Virus record (IMG/VR): IMGVR_UViG_3300045988_095259
Location: 1 to 58,184 of that record
Source of the DNA: a virus
Length of the DNA stretch: 58,184 bases
Direction: 5' to 3' (one strand)
The notes under the pieces are model-generated. The model worked only from the letters and a program-made list of their open reading frames with translations, was not told the DNA's origin and did not search any database. Each line of letters begins with the position of its first letter. The stretch's first letter is position 1. Shown here one piece after another: positions 56,572 through 58,184 of the stretch. The translations under genes were made by a program, and so were the position numbers.

Positions 56572-56938
56572 GTTTGTGATTCCGTATCCGGCAGCATCCA
56601 AAGCCAAATCACAGTGGTCAAAACGGTTCGGGCTGAACGGATTCTGGGCAGGGAAACCGTGGCAGCAACGCAAGAAAGACGCGGACACATGGCACAAAAT
56701 CGTATGGAATGAGCTCACAAAGCAGGACATTCCGAGGAAAGTATTCCCCTATCCGGTGCGCATTCGCTTCTGGTTCAACGACAGACTGGATATTGACAAC
56801 GATTCCATCTACGTCAAGCTGACCATAGACGCGCTCAAAGGCTGGATGATAGAGGACGACAACAAGAAATACGTAAAAAGCGTAGAGATGAATTGCCACG
56901 AGGAAAACTATATTCTCGTGAGATTAGAGAGGTATTGA
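56561..56938 (+). CDS. rusA: RusA-family Holliday junction resolvase
   Basis: The RusA-like segment is RIRFWFNDRLDIDNDSIYVKLTIDALKGWMIEDDNKKYV. Confidence 0.78.
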   Translation: MKNEFVIPYPAASKAKSQWSKRFGLNGFWAGKPWQQRKKDADTWHKIVWNELTKQDIPRKVFPYPVRIRFWFNDRLDIDNDSIYVKLTIDALKGWMIEDDNKKYVKSVEMNCHEENYILVRLERY

Positions 56939-56940
56939 CA

Positions 56941-57477
56941 ATGGCATCTTTCAACTTCAACAAGGTTATTCTGGGCGGCAGAATTGCAAGAGATCCCGAA
57001 CTGAAAACTACACAGTCCGGTTTGTCTGTAACGCAATTCTCGATTGCCGTGAACCGCAAGTCTACAAAGGACCAGCAAGCACCACAAGCAGACTTTATCA
57101 ACGTGACGGCATGGCGAAACACGGCGGAGTTTATCACCAAATTCTTCCACAAGGGAAGCTCTATCTGCATCGTAGGTTCGCTCCAGACACGCTCCTTCAC
57201 AGACAAGACCGGGGCAAAGCGCGAAGTGTCGGAAGTGCTGGCAGACGAAGCGTACTTTGTGGATTCCAAGCAGGAGGCATCCCAGACACCGCAGTGGAAT
57301 GACCCGCAGAACGCACAGAATGACGCACAGCAGTATTACATGCAACAGGCAGCTACTTATGCCGCCACGGCACAAATGCCGCCACAGGGCAATGCAGCGC
57401 GTCCTGATGCACACAGCAAGCTGGAAGAACTCAATCAGGAACCGGCATTCAGCACGGACGAGGAATTGCCGTTCTAA
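56941..57477 (+). CDS. ssb: Single-stranded DNA-binding protein
   Basis: The OB-fold N-terminus is NKVILGGRIARDPELKTTQSGLSVTQFSIAVNR...FINVTAWRNTAEF. There is a Gln-rich linker and an acidic tail, DEELPF. Confidence 0.9.
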   Translation: MASFNFNKVILGGRIARDPELKTTQSGLSVTQFSIAVNRKSTKDQQAPQADFINVTAWRNTAEFITKFFHKGSSICIVGSLQTRSFTDKTGAKREVSEVLADEAYFVDSKQEASQTPQWNDPQNAQNDAQQYYMQQAATYAATAQMPPQGNAARPDAHSKLEELNQEPAFSTDEELPF

Positions 57478-57498
57478 ATTATCTATCTGGAGGTACAC

Positions 57499-57777
57499 GT
57501 GGAAGTTGCCGATCTTCGTAGATTTCGTTCATACAGAAACTGGATACTTGCGCACGGAAGGACGGAGCTGTATCATGAGCCGGAGTACAAGGAGCTTTTG
57601 CAGAAGGTTCTTGGCTTCATCGACAGCATACCGGACAGCATGGTTCGCTCCATTGCATATCTGTACTACGTCAACGCATCAAGCATCCATTTCATTTCCG
57701 GGATAACCAATTATAGCATTCGGCAAATACTGAGGATACGCGACAGAATAGAAAACAAGGGGAAGGGACGTTTGTAA
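57499..57777 (+). CDS. Small sigma-region-4-like / ArpU-RinA-type late regulator (92 aa)
   Basis: The GTG start follows GGAGGT. The HTH-like segment is IPDSMVRSIAYLYYVNASSIHFISGITNYSIRQILRIRDRI. It is the last gene before a terminator and the late-type promoter. Confidence 0.6.
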   Translation: MEVADLRRFRSYRNWILAHGRTELYHEPEYKELLQKVLGFIDSIPDSMVRSIAYLYYVNASSIHFISGITNYSIRQILRIRDRIENKGKGRL

Positions 57778-57792
57778 CGTCTCTTTCCTTTT
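57759..57792 (+). terminator. Probable intrinsic terminator ending the early/middle operon
   Basis: GGGGAAGGGACG pairs with CGTCTCTTTCC (the stem includes G-U pairs). The loop TTTGTAA contains the stop codon. TTTT follows. Confidence 0.55.
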
Positions 57793-57818
57793 GTACACAT
57801 TGACGGGAAACAGCGCAC

Positions 57819-57857
57819 AAAAGATGTCACTTTTTTACGTTTGTAATATGGTATCAT
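57819..57857 (+). promoter_or_regulatory. Late-type promoter of the giant-protein operon
   Basis: AAAAGATGTCACTTTTT (57819-57835) is identical to the 17-mer upstream of the structural operon. It lies 21 nt before the extended -10 TGgTATCAT (57849-57857). Confidence 0.5.
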
Positions 57858-57895
57858 ATGTGTGTACAATGAAAAATATGCCACAGGAGGTAAGT

Positions 57896-58184
57896 ATGGC
57901 AAAAAGCAAAAGATACAATCCGTATGAAGATGCAAAGAACATCCTGCGGAACAAGGGAAATTACCACACCGCAAAGCAGATGGGGACGGACTACGAGCAG
58001 TACAGACAGGCGGCTGCACCGTATTACCAGAACCTTATCAGAAACGGATATGAAGACCTCGCCCAGAAGTTTGCGGACAGCGACTATATCAAGGCGCAGG
58101 AACTGTTCAATGGGTTAAAACCGGACACCACCGTTGACGATTATTTTTCCTCTGTAGCCGCAAATGCGCTCGATAACGCATCCA
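57896..58184 (+). CDS. 5' part of the ~450-aa N/Q/A-rich protein that continues at 1..1139
   Basis: AGGAGG (57885-57890) lies 5 nt before the ATG at 57896. The frame runs open to the contig end and into the overlap. Confidence 0.8.
   Translation, partial: MAKSKRYNPYEDAKNILRNKGNYHTAKQMGTDYEQYRQAAAPYYQNLIRNGYEDLAQKFADSDYIKAQELFNGLKPDTTVDDYFSSVAANALDNAS
58110..58184. repeat. Terminal overlap (identical to 1..75)
   Basis: Exact 75-nt identity with the window start. Confidence 0.95.

Overview
The window is a complete, circularly closed genome. Its first 75 nt equal its last 75 nt, leaving 58,109 bp unique. It is a temperate, apparently short-tailed phage that also carries a plasmid-type theta replicon, so I read it as a phage-plasmid. 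The host is probably Gram-positive (Firmicutes/Clostridia-like). That is inferred from the strong AGGAGG ribosome-binding sites and the gene families seen (DUF739-type Cro, pCI305-type replicon, BclA-CTD-like and YjcZ-like proteins).

Layout:
(i) + strand 57896 to 12094, wrapping the contig ends: a late-type promoter, a ~450-aa N/Q/A-rich protein, and a 3,647-aa polyvalent protein (N6-adenine MTase, strawberry-notch/SNF2-like helicase, HExxH zincin, long helical C-terminus).
(ii) - strand 12372..14680: Rep_3 initiator, an orfX-like HTH protein, 22-bp iterons, an AT-rich region, and a small serine recombinase.
(iii) - strand 14816..17901: a terminator-insulated cargo cluster of compositionally odd proteins.
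(iv) - strand 17993..36791: the late operon (terS, HNH, terL, portal, scaffold, capsid, connector/tail proteins, four fibre-module genes, M23 endolysin, holin-like genes, a small sigma-region-4-like regulator).
(v) 36792..37540: a divergent control region.
(vi) + strand 37541..57777: early and middle genes. These are two promoter-duplicated cassettes of small proteins, a cI/Cro/antirepressor switch, an intein-containing Rad52-like annealase, a Gam-like protein, a replisome organizer with a DnaC-like loader, a C5-MTase-like protein, dUTPase, RusA, SSB, and a second small regulator.

I recognised no tRNA, rRNA, CRISPR array, integrase, tape-measure gene, or tail tube/sheath gene. CDS coordinates include the stop codon. 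Several starts were moved from the ORF-track start to the first start codon that has a Shine-Dalgarno.

Most notable observations:
- A protein-like ORF with its own SD sits in the +1 frame of the giant gene's inter-domain linker.
- A type III hammerhead-like motif lies in the annealase/Gam intergenic region.
- A strictly 11-bp-phased two-motif repeat array lies inside the lysis cassette.
- A 17-mer is shared by the promoters of the structural operon and the giant-protein operon.
- A duplicated early promoter carries a palindromic operator in its spacer.
- An orphan promoter-terminator pair suggests a ~130-nt RNA next to the replicon.

All calls rest on reading the sequence and remembered family motifs. 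No database search was run.
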